Shown: one piece after another, positions 15,437-22,660 of the stretch | Numbering within the stretch: position 1 is the first letter of the stretch | How the letters are laid out: every line of letters starts with the position of its first letter | Assembly: GCA_964592215.1 (NCBI GenBank) | Contig: CAZQCZ010000002.1 | Coordinates: 1 to 28,704, forward strand | Length of the DNA stretch: 28,704 nt | Direction: 5' to 3' | Source of the DNA: an uncultured Candidatus Saccharibacteria bacterium | Lineage (GTDB): Bacteria; Patescibacteriota; WWE3; 9FT-COMBO-53-11 | The notes under the pieces: model-generated | What the model was told of the DNA's origin: nothing | The model's input: the letters and a program-made list of their open reading frames with translations, nothing else | Database searches by the model: none | Made by a program: the position numbers and the translations under genes

Positions 15437-16867
15437 ATGGGAGCTGTGGCTGGTGAGAAAGACAAAGGCTCGGTTGGGCGGTGTGAGCAGGTCGAGAGCC
15501 CCGAGTGGCTTAAGACCCAGGTTGATCAGCTGACGGCTGCTGTCCGTAACCACGAGCCTGATGCGGCCGCCGAGGTTGCTAGGCGGCTGGCAGGCACGGG
15601 GATCAGGGTTGATCTCTACCACGAGGTGCCTCCAGAACTTTTCTCCCCTCTAAGGAACTCGGGTTGTATCGACGCTAGCGCTAAGAGCGAGCATCACTAT
15701 CTAGGTGCCGCGGTCTACTTTGGGCTCGGCGAGCCGTATGGGTGGGTTTTCCCATCGCCAAATGAGGATCAGGTAGTTAACGTAATTCTTTTCGAAGGGG
15801 TTCCCATCCAGTTCACGCTTCCCGTCTTGGTCAGGAGCCACGAAGGCCTACCCCAGGCGGCAGTTATGGTCCGGGAAGCAACCTTTGCGCGGTTAGAATA
15901 TGATGAAGACCGCAGTCGCTTGTATACTGTGATGGATGAGGGCGGCGAAGGCGGGCCGACAGTGTATCTTGAGTATAAGGTCTGGCGGGCGATTGGGCAC
16001 GGGCTAGGAGATGAAGAATCATTCAAGGAGCACTCGGCAGGGAAGTGGACTAACTACAGTCACGGCCCCTTTTCCACTTTTCCCGAGTTGGGGAAGGAGC
16101 AGATCGAGACTTTAAATCGCTTGCTGGGGGTGATTAAGGTGGAGAAGGCGTTCGATCCTGATCTGGGCTGCGGCTCGGGGGTTTATGGGGGCGTTTACTA
16201 TGACCGGGTGTATGTCAGGGAGAAGAGCCCGCTAATAGTTTCCAGTGTTGCCGCTGCTGTAGGTGCCGTGGAAGTAGTGTGGGATGCGCGCGGGAAAGAA
16301 TTAGAACCCGCGGCGCCGATTAATCTCGAGGAGGAGGGGTCAGCCGATATTTTGGTGGAGCAGCTTGTGGCCGAGTACCCCAGCCATGATTCCTCCCATG
16401 GGAGGGGTCACATTCGCCGCGTTTTAGAGTCTTTAGACCTCCTCGCTGGGGATCTTGAGCTGGACGTTAAGAAGCACCAACTGGCGCGATTGGCTGTCGC
16501 TGGCCACGACATTATCCGTGGTGGTGAGCGTCCTGCTGAAGAATCAGCCAAGGTGATGGAGAATATGCTGCGGGGTTTGATTGATCCTGGAGATATTAAG
16601 GTTGTTGCCGATGCTATCGTTCAGCACAATAAGCCGCCCGAAGAGAGATTTGACGAATCAATGGTTACCAGGTTGCTGGTCGACGCAGATAAGTTGGACT
16701 GGTCACGGGAGCGCTACGGGCTGGATGACAAGCCCGATCCCGCCGACCCGCTGGAGGAGCAGTTTAGGGACGAGACACGGCGAATTTTGGAAGGGGTGTA
16801 TTCCGAGCGAGCGAAGAGATTTCTAAGAGGTTTGCTTGATGAGTCGTTGGCGGCAGGTTATCGGTAG
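15437..16867 (+). CDS. Uncharacterised N-terminal region fused to a C-terminal HD-domain phosphohydrolase
   Basis: C-terminal SHGRGHIRRV, AGHDI, IVQHN and DADKLD. The first ~300 aa are not assignable. Confidence 0.75.
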   Translation: MGAVAGEKDKGSVGRCEQVESPEWLKTQVDQLTAAVRNHEPDAAAEVARRLAGTGIRVDLYHEVPPELFSPLRNSGCIDASAKSEHHYLGAAVYFGLGEPYGWVFPSPNEDQVVNVILFEGVPIQFTLPVLVRSHEGLPQAAVMVREATFARLEYDEDRSRLYTVMDEGGEGGPTVYLEYKVWRAIGHGLGDEESFKEHSAGKWTNYSHGPFSTFPELGKEQIETLNRLLGVIKVEKAFDPDLGCGSGVYGGVYYDRVYVREKSPLIVSSVAAAVGAVEVVWDARGKELEPAAPINLEEEGSADILVEQLVAEYPSHDSSHGRGHIRRVLESLDLLAGDLELDVKKHQLARLAVAGHDIIRGGERPAEESAKVMENMLRGLIDPGDIKVVADAIVQHNKPPEERFDESMVTRLLVDADKLDWSRERYGLDDKPDPADPLEEQFRDETRRILEGVYSERAKRFLRGLLDESLAAGYR

Positions 16868-17036
16868 CAATCCAGAATATGACGACGAAACGACTTTGGC
16901 AAAGGCGCCAGGGGTGGGGCGAATATCGACCAATCTTCTTTTGAAGACCTCGGGAACACTTCCGTAGGGTTGTTCCCCGTGTATCGACTGTGGGGAAGGA
17001 GCCGGTGTCACGGTAGTAACCGCCAGCGCGTACCTA

Positions 17037-17045
17037 TGCTATGAT
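17037..17045 (+). promoter_or_regulatory. Extended -10 promoter of cysS (leaderless candidate)
   Basis: TGcTATGAT-cgggtcag-ATG. Confidence 0.6.
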
Positions 17046-17053
17046 CGGGTCAG

Positions 17054-18415
17054 ATGGCTTTACGGCTGTATAACACCTTAACGAGGAAGAAGGAGACTTT
17101 TAGGCCCCAAGATTCTTCATTGGTAAAAATGTATACCTGCGGGCCGACGGTCTACGGCCCTTCTCATCTCGGCCACATGCGCACCAACACTACTTTTGAC
17201 CTTCTTAAGCGGACGCTTTTGTTTGATGGGTATCAAGTGAGGCATATCCTGAACATTACCGATGTTCATGATTCGATGATCAAGCAGGCGGAGGTGGAGC
17301 GCACTACCGTCCGGAAACTCGGCGATCGCTACTTTGATCTTTTCCGCCAAGAGCTTGCGGTGCTGAATATCATTCCGCCGGACGGATTTCCTCGGGTTAC
17401 CGATCACATAGGAGACATAGTCACTATGATCGAGTTTCTGATGGAGAAGGGGTACGCCTACGAGGCGGATGGTTCAGTATATTTTGACATTTCTAAATTC
17501 AAGAATTATGGCAAGTTATCTGGTATTAAGTTGGAAGCGGAGCGGTCGGGTACCAGGATTGCTTCCGATAAATACGGGAGAGAGGAGGCGCAGGATTTCG
17601 CTCTTTGGAAGGCAGCCAGCGAGGAGGAGGAAGAAGTCGGGGCGGTGTGGGATTCTCCTTGGGGTCGCGGCCGACCGGGGTGGCACATCGAGTGTTCGGT
17701 GATGGCGAAGAAGCATCTCGGCGAGACAATCGACATTCACGCTGGTGGGATGGACCTCAAGTTTCCTCACCATGAAAACGAGATTGCCCAGAGCGAAGCT
17801 GCGAACGGCGTAAAGTTCTCCAACTACTGGGTCCATTGCGGTCTGCTAACAGTTGACGGCCAGAAGATGAGCAAGTCGCTAGGGAATTACACCGAGTTCA
17901 GGGACATTGCGGCAAAGGGATTCAATCCTCTTGCTTTCCGCTACCTCTGTCTGACAACCCATTACCGCAGTGAAATGAATTTCACTTGGGCGGCTCTTGA
18001 TGCCGCCCAGCGAGCATTGAGCCGGCTCTATTCCGAGGTCTCTATGTGGGATTCGCCGGAGGAGGGGAGCGGCGGCGTCCGCTATCGCCGGGCGTTTCTT
18101 AGCGCGGTTAACGACGACCTCAACCTTCCTAAAGCCCTGACCGTCGTTTGGGAGGTGATCAAAGACAAGAAGTGCCCAACGGCAGTTAAGCATCAGACCC
18201 TCCTTGAGATGGACGATGTTCTCGGGCTTGCTTTGGGCGCGGTGGGGCGGTTGGAGGTTCCCGGAAGGGTGGGGAGGTTGGTTGCCGAGCGGGAGCGGTT
18301 GCGGGAGGAGGGCGAATGGTTGGAAGCGGATAAGATCCGTGACTGGCTAGAGCAGGAAGGGTATCAAGTCGAGGATACCTCCAAGGGGCCGGTCGTGAAG
18401 CGCATAGGTTTGTAG
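17054..18415 (+). CDS. cysS: Cysteine--tRNA ligase
   Basis: YTCGPTVY, HLGH, NITDV, DFALWK, GRPGWHIECS, FPHHENEIAQS and KMSKS. Confidence 0.98.
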   Translation: MALRLYNTLTRKKETFRPQDSSLVKMYTCGPTVYGPSHLGHMRTNTTFDLLKRTLLFDGYQVRHILNITDVHDSMIKQAEVERTTVRKLGDRYFDLFRQELAVLNIIPPDGFPRVTDHIGDIVTMIEFLMEKGYAYEADGSVYFDISKFKNYGKLSGIKLEAERSGTRIASDKYGREEAQDFALWKAASEEEEEVGAVWDSPWGRGRPGWHIECSVMAKKHLGETIDIHAGGMDLKFPHHENEIAQSEAANGVKFSNYWVHCGLLTVDGQKMSKSLGNYTEFRDIAAKGFNPLAFRYLCLTTHYRSEMNFTWAALDAAQRALSRLYSEVSMWDSPEEGSGGVRYRRAFLSAVNDDLNLPKALTVVWEVIKDKKCPTAVKHQTLLEMDDVLGLALGAVGRLEVPGRVGRLVAERERLREEGEWLEADKIRDWLEQEGYQVEDTSKGPVVKRIGL

Positions 18416-18427
18416 GGAACATTTGGC

Positions 18428-18462
18428 TACTGGTCGTCGGTCAGTAGTTATTGGTACTTAGT
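18428..18462 (+). repeat. Heptamer tract after cysS
   Basis: TACTGGT CGTCGGT CAGTAGT TATTGGT ACTTAGT. Confidence 0.65.
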
Positions 18463-18524
18463 GAGGAGAGGAGTTATTCCAATAGCCGGCGGACGAGATG
18501 CTAGTAACCATATACATTGGAGTA

Positions 18525-18533
18525 TGTTAAGAT
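18525..18533 (+). promoter_or_regulatory. Extended -10 promoter of rpsF
   Basis: TGtTAAGAT lies 10 nt before ATG 18544. Confidence 0.5.
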
Positions 18534-18543
18534 AACGGAAGTT

Positions 18544-18834
18544 ATGTCAAAGTATAAATTGATTCTGGAGCTAAAGCCCGATCTTTCTGCCGACAAGCAG
18601 GGTGGGGTTATGGGAAGAGTGAAAAGTCTAGTTACCGATGCGGGGGGCAAGGTATCGGAGGCTAAGAGTGGCGGTTTGGTCAAGCTTGCCTACCCGATCG
18701 ATGGGTCTACTGAAGCGAATTTATTTACCATCCCCTTTGATGCTTCCCGTGAGGCCGTCGATTCATTGCAGCGGGGGATGAGGAAGCTGGGGGGGGTTTT
18801 GCGGGCGATGATTGTAAGAGGAGAGAGGGGGTGA
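18544..18834 (+). CDS. rpsF: 30S ribosomal protein S6
   Basis: KYKLILELKPDL, G..KLAYPI and VLRAMIVR; first gene of rpsF-ssb-rpsR. Confidence 0.88.
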   Translation: MSKYKLILELKPDLSADKQGGVMGRVKSLVTDAGGKVSEAKSGGLVKLAYPIDGSTEANLFTIPFDASREAVDSLQRGMRKLGGVLRAMIVRGERG

Positions 18835-18840
18835 AAGCTA

Positions 18841-19356
18841 ATGGCTCGATCAATTAATAAGGTGATTATCGTTGGTAATCTTACGCGCGATCCGGAGATG
18901 AAGTATACTCCGAGTGGTCAGGCAGTAGTTACGTTTGGCGTTGCCACTAGTCGGCGCTGGACAACGAATGGGGAGCAGAAAGAGGAAACCGAGTTTCACA
19001 ACGTTGTTGCCTGGGGAAAGTTGGCAGAAATCTGCAACCAGCTTTTGCAGAAGGGACGCAAGGTCTATATCGAAGGTCGGTTGCGAACTAGGAATTGGGA
19101 GGATAAGAACGCCGTTAAGCACTATCGGACAGAGATCATCGCTCTGGATATGGTTGTTCTCGACCGTCGAGAGGTAGCGGGTGCTGCGGGAGAGGAATTT
19201 GTTCCCCCCGAGGAGACCCCGGAAGAATCGGCGGGAGAAGCTTCTCCTGAGAGGCAAGAGGATACCTCCAAAGGTGATGAAGCCAAGAAGAAAGGGAGCA
19301 AGGGGTCGAAGGAAGAGAAACCGGATGATATCCAGTTAGAAGAGATTCCATTTTGA
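18841..19356 (+). CDS. ssb: Single-stranded DNA-binding protein
   Basis: INKVIIVGNLTRDPE, TEFHNVVAWGKLAE, KVYIEGRLRTR and an acidic tail ending EEIPF. Confidence 0.98.
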   Translation: MARSINKVIIVGNLTRDPEMKYTPSGQAVVTFGVATSRRWTTNGEQKEETEFHNVVAWGKLAEICNQLLQKGRKVYIEGRLRTRNWEDKNAVKHYRTEIIALDMVVLDRREVAGAAGEEFVPPEETPEESAGEASPERQEDTSKGDEAKKKGSKGSKEEKPDDIQLEEIPF

Positions 19357-19407
19357 TTGGGTCCGAATCTCAGATTAGCGCTACCTTGTCGCGCCGGGGG
19401 GCGGAGG

Positions 19408-19416
19408 TGCTAAGAT
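19408..19416 (+). promoter_or_regulatory. Internal extended -10 promoter of rpsR (leaderless candidate)
   Basis: TGcTAAGAT-ttacgt-ATG. Confidence 0.55.
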
Positions 19417-19422
19417 TTACGT

Positions 19423-19695
19423 ATGCCGAGCGCAGGGAAATTGAAGAAAAGTAAAACGTCGGCGGGTTACCAAAGGCGGCGCAAGCCTGTCGTTCCCCAG
19501 CGGTGCTTTTTTTGTGTAAAGAAAATAGAGCCATCGGCAATGGAGTATGAGATTCTGGCCCCGTTCTTAACTCGCCGGGGGAAGATTAGAGGTCGGCAGC
19601 GCAGTGGTCTCTGTCGACGACATCAGCGCTGGTTGGCTAAGGAAATCAAACGGGCGCGGAATTTAGGGCTGTTGCCGTTTAAGATCGAGGGGTAG
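19423..19695 (+). CDS. rpsR: 30S ribosomal protein S18 (Cys-containing, Zn-type)
   Basis: CFFC, FLTRRGKI, SGLCRRHQR and IKRARNLGLLPF. Confidence 0.95.
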   Translation: MPSAGKLKKSKTSAGYQRRRKPVVPQRCFFCVKKIEPSAMEYEILAPFLTRRGKIRGRQRSGLCRRHQRWLAKEIKRARNLGLLPFKIEG

Positions 19696-19700
19696 TGGAG

Positions 19701-19829
19701 AAATCCTAGATCCCGGAGCCGGAAGGTACCGAAAGCGTCTAAGTCCCAATCCCCCAGATTCGAAACGCTTCGGGACGTTGTGGTTTAGAATTTGTGATTT
19801 GCTTAGGATTTAGTGTTTCGAATTTAGAG
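19701..19829. repeat. Intergenic inverted/heptamer repeat element between rpsR and ctpA
   Basis: AAATCCTA (19701) pairs with TAGGATTT (19804), and ATTCGAAAC pairs with GTTTCGAAT. The right arm is a TTTAGAA/TTTGTGA/TTTAGTG/TTTCGAA/TTTAGAG heptamer run. Confidence 0.7.
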
Positions 19830-19846
19830 TTCGCGTTGAATTGCAG

Positions 19847-21079
19847 ATGAATCGTTTTACACGCTCTCTGAGAGATAAATTTCCGTCGCTCTTTCTTTCT
19901 TTGGCGATTTTCTTTTTCGGTTGGATGCTCGGTACCGCCGGGTTTAATCTTAATCTTCGGCTAAACCCTCCCGGCGTCAGCATTGAGTACAAATCTATTC
20001 CCTCATCGAAAATCGATTTTTCCCTTCTTGGCGAAGTGCTTAGTAGCATCAACAGTAAGTTCCTCTTCAGGCCAATCGATGGGCAGAAGCTCCTTTACGG
20101 GGCGGTTTCGGGACTGGTCAATGCTTTGGGCGATCCTTACAGCGTTTTTCTCAACCCGGAAGAAAATGCTGAATTTCAGGATCAGCTTGAGGGCCGATAT
20201 GAAGGGATCGGGGCAGAGCTGGACGTGAGAGATGACCAGCTAATAATCGTTGCCCCTTTGGAGGGGTCGCCGGCGGAGGCGATGGGGGTACGGGCGGGAG
20301 ACAAGATTTTGGAAATTGAAGGGGAGAGCACGGAAGGGATAACTGTCTATGAGGCGGTGACGAAGATCCGCGGTGCGACCGGGACGGTTTCGACGCTGAC
20401 GCTTCAGCGGGGGGATGAAGAGCCGTTTGAGGTAAAAATTACTCGGGCGGAAGTAGCCCTTGAGAGTGTTCGTTTTGAGGATAAAGGTGGCGGTGTTTGT
20501 TACCTTCGTGTCTCTCGTTTCGGCGAGGGGACTTTGGGAGAATGGGATGGCGCCGTGGCTGAAGTGGTTAGCAGACGACAGTCGGGGGCGGGATGCACGA
20601 GGGGGGTTGTCTTGGATTTGCGGGGTAATCCGGGCGGTTTTTTGAACGGGGCGGTTTATCTGGCATCGGAGTTCATTTCCTCCGGGGTGGTAACGATCGA
20701 GGAATCAGCTGGCGGCGCGCGGCAGTCTCTTAGAGTTCAGACGACCAAGAATGGTCAGGCTCTGGTAGGAGTGACGACGATTGTCTTAATCAATGAGGGT
20801 TCTGCTTCGGCTTCGGAAATTCTTGCTGCCGCCCTTAATGAACGGGTTGGGGCAATGCTGGTAGGGAAGACGAGTTTTGGGAAGGGAACTGTCCAGGAGG
20901 CGGCGGAGCTGACCGGTGGATCAGGATTGCACCTGACAGTGGCGAAGTGGCTGACTCCTTCGGGAAAGTGGATTCATCAGATCGGCTTGGCTCCCAATTA
21001 TGAAGTTGAGTTGACCGATGAGGATATCAATGCCGATCGTGATCCCCAGCTAGACCGCGCATTGGAGCTTCTGCATTAG
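19847..21079 (+). CDS. ctpA: S41 carboxy-terminal processing protease (PDZ plus peptidase)
   Basis: N-terminal TM, LGDPYS, GIGAEL, GSPAEAMGVRAGD, DLRGNPGG, SASASEI and FGKGTVQ. Confidence 0.95.
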   Translation: MNRFTRSLRDKFPSLFLSLAIFFFGWMLGTAGFNLNLRLNPPGVSIEYKSIPSSKIDFSLLGEVLSSINSKFLFRPIDGQKLLYGAVSGLVNALGDPYSVFLNPEENAEFQDQLEGRYEGIGAELDVRDDQLIIVAPLEGSPAEAMGVRAGDKILEIEGESTEGITVYEAVTKIRGATGTVSTLTLQRGDEEPFEVKITRAEVALESVRFEDKGGGVCYLRVSRFGEGTLGEWDGAVAEVVSRRQSGAGCTRGVVLDLRGNPGGFLNGAVYLASEFISSGVVTIEESAGGARQSLRVQTTKNGQALVGVTTIVLINEGSASASEILAAALNERVGAMLVGKTSFGKGTVQEAAELTGGSGLHLTVAKWLTPSGKWIHQIGLAPNYEVELTDEDINADRDPQLDRALELLH

Positions 21080-21106
21080 GCCTCCCCTGCGTTTTAATCA
21101 GGACTT

Positions 21107-22111
21107 TCAAGAAGGGGAAGATGTTGCCAGTTGGCCGCAGGCCCCTTTAATCTCTTGGCCGAAACTGTGGCGGACGGTTACGTTGAGGCCGTTTCTTTCC
21201 AGCTCTTTTTTGAACCGGGAAACGGTTTTCTCATCGGCGCTTTCGAATCCGGTACCGGTTTCGTGGTAGCGGATTAGATTAACGTGGGAGAGGGGAGTGC
21301 CCCGCAAGAGGTCGGCTAACTTCCTCGCCGATGCCGCGTCGTCATTAACGTCCTTGAGGAGGATATATTCGAAAAAGACTTTTCTCCTTGTCTTTCTCAC
21401 ATAGTCCTTGGCGGCCTTGATCACTTCCGTGATCGGGTACCTTCTGTTGACGGGCATTAACTCACTCCTCTGCTCGTCGTCGGCGGCGTTTAGGGAGATA
21501 GCCAGGTTAACTTCCAGGTTTTCCTCCGTGAATCTCCTGATCTCCGGGACGATGCCAACCGTCGAGATTGAAATTGCCCTTTCTGCCAAACCAAACCCAT
21601 CCCTGTCCTTCAGGATTGTGATTGCTTCCATTACGTTGTCGTAGTTCAAAAATGGCTCTCCCATCCCCATAAAGACAACGTTCGGTTTCCTTCCCTTGCT
21701 TTTTTTGGCGAAGAAAAGGACCTGCTCTACCATTTCCTGCCAATCAAGATTTCTCTTGAAGCCCGTTTGGCCGGTGGCGCAGAACCGGCATCCCAGCGGG
21801 CATCCGACTTGAGAAGAGATGCAGACCGTTTCCCTTCCGTATTTGTGCCTCATCAGGACGGATTCGATTAGAAGGTTATCCTCAAGCTCAAAGAGGGCTT
21901 TCTCCGCCCCGTCTCCTTTTTCCAGCGCTTTCAGTTTCAGGGAAAAAGGCTTGACTTCCTTTGCCAGCTTCCTTTGCAGCTCGGCGGGGAGGTCAGTCAT
22001 CTCCTCGAAATTGAGGCATAAATTCTTGAAGACTGCTCGGTAGATTTGGCGGAAGCGATAGTCCGGTTCTCCCACTGTTTCTAGAATGCTTTTCAGTTTT
22101 TCCAGATTCAT
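21107..22111 (-). CDS. rlmN: Radical SAM RNA methyltransferase RlmN (start at 22111, or 22120)
   Basis: CISSQVGCPLGCRFC, MGMGEP, LAISLNA, EYILL and ACGQL. Confidence 0.93.
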   Translation of the reverse strand: MNLEKLKSILETVGEPDYRFRQIYRAVFKNLCLNFEEMTDLPAELQRKLAKEVKPFSLKLKALEKGDGAEKALFELEDNLLIESVLMRHKYGRETVCISSQVGCPLGCRFCATGQTGFKRNLDWQEMVEQVLFFAKKSKGRKPNVVFMGMGEPFLNYDNVMEAITILKDRDGFGLAERAISISTVGIVPEIRRFTEENLEVNLAISLNAADDEQRSELMPVNRRYPITEVIKAAKDYVRKTRRKVFFEYILLKDVNDDAASARKLADLLRGTPLSHVNLIRYHETGTGFESADEKTVSRFKKELERNGLNVTVRHSFGQEIKGACGQLATSSPS

Positions 22112-22118
22112 CCTTTTC

Positions 22119-22124
22119 ATTTTA
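22119..22124 (-). promoter_or_regulatory. -10 box 7 nt upstream of the second rlmN ATG
   Basis: Minus strand TAAAAT-gaaaagg-ATG(22111). It lies just past the tRNA-operon terminator. Confidence 0.45.
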
Positions 22125-22134
22125 GCCGAAAATC

Positions 22135-22164
22135 AAAAAGCCGACGAGGAACTCATCGGCTTTC
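22135..22164 (-). terminator. Intrinsic terminator of the tRNA operon
   Basis: Minus strand AAAGCCGATGAG-TTC-CTCGTCGGCTTT followed by a T-rich tail. Confidence 0.8.
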
Positions 22165-22180
22165 ATCGTTACTCCAGAGG

Positions 22181-22251
22181 CAGGCCGGGCAGGACTTGAA
22201 CCTGCACCACTGGTTTTGGAGACCAGCGTTCTACCATTAAACTACCGGCCT
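22181..22251 (-). tRNA. tRNA-Trp (CCA anticodon); 3' CCA not encoded
   Basis: Acceptor AGGCCGG/CCGGCCT, D-arm GTTT..GAAC, anticodon arm CTGGT-CTCCAAA-ACCAG and T-arm GCAGG-TTCAAGT-CCTGC. Confidence 0.95.
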
Positions 22252-22262
22252 GCGTTCTTCAG

Positions 22263-22337
22263 CACCCTCGGTGGGACTTGAACCCACAATTAGCAGATTA
22301 GGAATCTGCCGTTCTTCCCAATTGGGCAATGAGCGGT
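22263..22337 (-). tRNA. tRNA-Arg (CCT anticodon) with a degenerate 5' half, possible pseudo-tRNA
   Basis: The anticodon arm GCAGA-TTCCTAA-TCTGC and T-arm GTGGG-TTCAAGT-CCCAC are perfect. The acceptor 5' strand ACC(G)CTCA versus CGAGGGT and the D-stem GCCC versus GAAC are mismatched. Confidence 0.7.
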
Positions 22338-22360
22338 GTCACTTGGTGATGATAGTAAGC

Positions 22361-22391
22361 GAGGAGAGTTCAGCAGGATTGAACTCTCCTC
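22361..22391. repeat. Perfect 12-bp inverted repeat with 7-nt spacer
   Basis: GAGGAGAGTTCA-gcaggat-TGAACTCTCCTC. Confidence 0.9.
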
Positions 22392-22632
22392 CTTCCCTCT
22401 GCTCCTGTTCGGAGAACGGGATCGGAGAGAAGGATTGTCACCAAACTGGATCTTGGTGGCAGGCAAGAATCCGCTCTTTATCCTAGTTGCGGCGCTATTT
22501 GGTACGGGGCGAGGTGGGATCCTCCATTTGGGATTTCCCGTTTGATAGCGAAAGAAAAATTATCGCTTGTGCGTACCATTATTGGGTAGAAGCATCCCCG
22601 GGTCAGAGGGGAACAATCAAAATCAGTTATTT

Positions 22633-22641
22633 TGGTAGACT
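22633..22641 (+). promoter_or_regulatory. Extended -10 promoter of htrA
   Basis: TGgTAGACT is followed by a leader with a GGAG SD 6 nt before GTG 22661. Confidence 0.5.
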
Positions 22642-22660
22642 GTGTTTTGTGGAGATTAAT

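Noticed and set aside
16968-17053. T-box riboswitch upstream of cysS (GGTAGTAACCGCC resembles GGTGGNACCGCG)
   Set aside because: The UGGN bulge is absent, there is no terminator or specifier stem, and a -10 box sits only 8 nt before the ATG, downstream of the motif.
19701-19780. SRP RNA (CCGGAAGG core) or an integron attC site in the rpsR-ctpA spacer
   Set aside because: The CAGG and AGCAG asymmetric-loop residues of SRP domain IV are missing. No attC R''/R' boxes or integrase were found.
22487-22660. 58-aa N-terminal extension of HtrA from TTG 22487
   Set aside because: GTG 22661 has an SD and an extended -10, and is followed by a normal basic-plus-TM anchor.
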